Source: Dimorphilus gyrociliatus
Lineage: Eukaryota > Animalia > Annelida
DNA: 49,656 bases
Direction: 5' to 3'
Assembly: GCA_904063045.1 (NCBI GenBank)
Contig: CAJFCJ010000044.1
Span: 196,187-245,842 of the forward strand
Part shown: in pieces, positions 46,801 through 49,656 of the stretch
Layout of the letters: each line of letters opens with the position of its first letter
How positions within the stretch are numbered: the stretch's first letter is position 1
Notes under the pieces: generated by a model
What the model saw: only the letters and a program-made list of their open reading frames with translations
Told to the model about the DNA's origin: nothing
The model's database searches: none
Program-made: the position numbers and the translations under genes

Positions 46801-49656
46801 ATGCAAACGGAATGAAAAGGATAATTAATGAGCAAATTGTTCCAAAGACGGCTGCATTATCTGCTAATTTACTTGCAAAATCATCAAATACTGTTTCAAA
46901 ATTGATAAGATTTGGTGCCATATCTAATCCAGCTCCTAAACTTGCAAATAGATTACTTGTAAACCTTGCTTTGGATGTTGTTGTCTCTCTGTCGATTGTG
47001 CAAGCATTATTGTCCTCTTGCCACTTGTTCTCCTTCCACATTTTACACGATGGATAAGCTATTCTTACACTGTAGTTGAGAATCTGATTTGAGCAATTGA
47101 AACATTCAACAACAGCCATAATCGTATGATTTTTATCAGGTCTGAGCATAATTGTTCTTTGGTATTCTTCACAATGTTCTGGACCAAGAATTGGTGAGCA
47201 TGTCTTATTTACATCAGGTAGAATAAAAGATTCGTTATTCAAATCATTAGCTGGTCTCAAGTTATAGCCAACGAATACTGAGATAACATCCTCAGTTTTA
47301 AAATTGAAAGTGAGTATCAAAATATTTCTTGTGGCATTGAAAATATGAATAGCTGATTTTTTTGTTGTGTTTATGTATTGGATACCTTCCTTAGTGTTCT
47401 TCATGTTCAAAATCAGAGAAAAGTTAGCCGATGTTTGCTTTTCCTGAATACTTCTTCTCCTTCTGGTTTGTTTTGTTGGTAATAAATGATCACAAGGCTG
47501 AATTGAAAATTCTGTAATTGTTGATGCAACATCTAAAGAAGACTTATCCCACATATATGGATTAATATTGGACATGATTAATTTTCTAGTTATACATGAA
47601 CCATTTTTACTGTGACCTTCAAAGTCATTCAATTTTATTGAACCAAAATTTGAACTATAACTACTATTTTTGACTTTATCAAGAGATGCTTTTTCAATAT
47701 TGATACTCATTTCTTCAAACTCAACATTTAAAGACGGTGCATCTTCCTTTTGCTCAAGTAGTAATTCATCAGTAACATTGTTAATAACTTCAAGAACACT
47801 TGTCATAACATTTTTGAGTTTGTTACCAGTAGCACTTGTTGGGACATCTGTGCTATTTTCATCACTTTTTGTTACATGCTTAGTGTGAGAGGTAACATCG
47901 CAGAAATAGTTTGTTGCATTAGCCGTTTGATTGACAACTTTAAATTGCTCTTTCTCTTTAACATCTTCATTATAAGTATCAGCTGCTGTAGTTGTTAGAA
48001 TAGATGTTTCTAACAGGCCTATTTTTAAAAGAAAGTTTTTTGATTAAATATTGTAGTCTCCCTAAAATGAATATTTTCATACTTATTGACAAATCTCTTT
48101 TAAGTGTTGGTGAAACGTTTTCTTCGTTCAACACATTATTTAACTTTCCTATTTGATTAGCTACCTTTATCTACAAGATTTAAAAAGGAATTTTTCGTTT
48201 AAAATTCTAGTTACATAATGACAGCGAGCAACCTGTGATTCAATATCTACTTCCTTTGGTTTGTATACTAGAGTGCTAATAAGACCATTGTTTTGTTCCA
48301 ATTCATCAATTGATTTAGATGGAATTTTTATTGCAAAAGCAATCATTTGTTTTCTTGCCTTTCAAAGAATTCAACAATATAAAACAAAAAGTAACTTTAA
48401 AACTTCATCTGCCTCACCTTGATTCTTTTCAATCTCTTTTCACAAGCATCTTTAGCTTCTTCTGTTTTCGTCATATTCCTTACATTTTCTACAGACGCAT
48501 CAAGATTCGCATTGAGAATTGACGTTACTGAATATATAGTAGAAGACACTTCACTAAAATTACCAGTTTCCAACTGTTTATCCAAAAGACCATTTGAAAC
48601 GACATTTATGGCTGAATCCAACAATACATTTTCAGGCTCTGGAGGAGGTTTCACATGTACATCGAATAGAAATTCAAATGAATCGTCCACAGAGTCAATT
48701 ACATTGACTATTGTTTCAGTAATTTGATTTCTTGGGTCACCAACAGGCAACATTAAGAAGACGGCTTCATCCTTAAAAGAAAAGTATAGTAAGAAACTAG
48801 TCTTTTTCCCCCGAGGTTTTGCTCTGTACTGATATTTTAAACCAGGTGTGTCTGGTGACTTTTCAAACTCTTGCCAACCGTGACAACTTATCTCAAATCT
48901 AGTGATTGAGGCAAAACCAGTCCTTGGCTGACAATTACATTTACCACCAAATGGTGGTTTATTTACAAGAAATGTCTCATTTATATATCCAGTCTCACCA
49001 ATTTCTTCCAATTTTCCTTCAGCAACAATAGTATGATAAGTTCCAGGGTTGAGAACATTTCCTTTTATTTCTACTATGTTTGTTGTAATATTTCCAATGA
49101 TTTTATCAGACAGATCTTTGACAGAATTCCAAGTTTCATTAGCCTTTTCCAAAACTTTCCAATCATAAACAATTTTCCAATACAAACTTGTACACTTCGA
49201 TGTACAAGTAGCTTCAAAAATTGTGGTCGATGAAAGAGACGTTTTCCTAAAACAATTCTTTTTACACCTAAAACACAAACAAAAATGATAATAGAATACT
49301 TATATGAAAGAATGTTTGTACTTTAGTTTAAATGTTGGCTTTGTTGGGGAATTTAAAAATAATTTCTGTTGAAAAGTTGCCTCTCTATTTGTTGTAGTTG
49401 ATAAATCTTTAAAGTTATAATATACGTTGCATTTGGTATCATATAGAAGGTATTAATTGTTAATATTCCATTCGAACCATTGTCATTATTGTCAATATAC
49501 CCAGGACCATTTCCAAAGCATCCTCCATTTTTTTTAAATTGATTCAGTGTAAGGATATCGAGTAGTTTTGGTCCTTTGAATTCATTATTTACTGATAAAT
49601 CCAAATTTTCATTTTCTCCCCTGCAATGCCATTTGAAATTTATAGCCTTCAGCTTT
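43872..49656 (-). CDS. Polycystin-1-like (PKD1L-type) protein, 5'-truncated by the window: REJ, GAIN/GPS, PLAT/LH2, TM segments, polycystin channel domain
   Basis: Exons 49656-49322 (needs 1-nt correction near 49404), 49267-48418, 48358-48233, 48170-48083, 48018-45727, 45663-44089 and 44035-43872. Motifs PPFGGKCNCQPRTGFA (REJ), YEIHVYTGNKKDGGTQSKV (PLAT), HLWVSV...SIFTRLQRLSVC, GWLDRQTRYVILD, pore-region YALIATIFGHLDF. Confidence 0.92.

Noticed and set aside
1-49656. CRISPR arrays, rRNA/tRNA genes, prokaryotic operons
   Set aside because: None seen; the sequence is intron-rich eukaryotic DNA, and most short ORFs in the track are antisense or intron-spanning artefacts.

Overview
AT-rich, gene-dense animal genomic DNA with many 45-85 nt GT-AG introns. 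The style resembles a compact invertebrate genome such as the annelid Dimorphilus (inference only). The raw ORF track is therefore fragmented; I rebuilt exon chains by hand. Left to right: Tc1 transposon remnant; NACHT-LRR (NLR-like) gene; GRL101/RXFP-like receptor copy 1 with a MULE and a MITE in its introns; dead fragments of a 57-aa-repeat LRR family; PAN-domain gene; hillarin/KY-like gene (-); multi-PAN gene (-); receptor copy 2; mariner remnant; a third degenerate receptor fragment; 3' part of a polycystin-1-like gene (-). The most striking observation is the architecture of the two receptor paralogs: signal peptide, several SRCR-like modules, C-type-lectin-like domain, 6 LDLa, LRRs, 7TM, then a spliced in-frame intracellular tail resembling a truncated pseudokinase, with the same intron phases in both copies. 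Also notable is a dispersed non-coding repeat whose terminal hairpin shows compensatory base-pair changes between copies.
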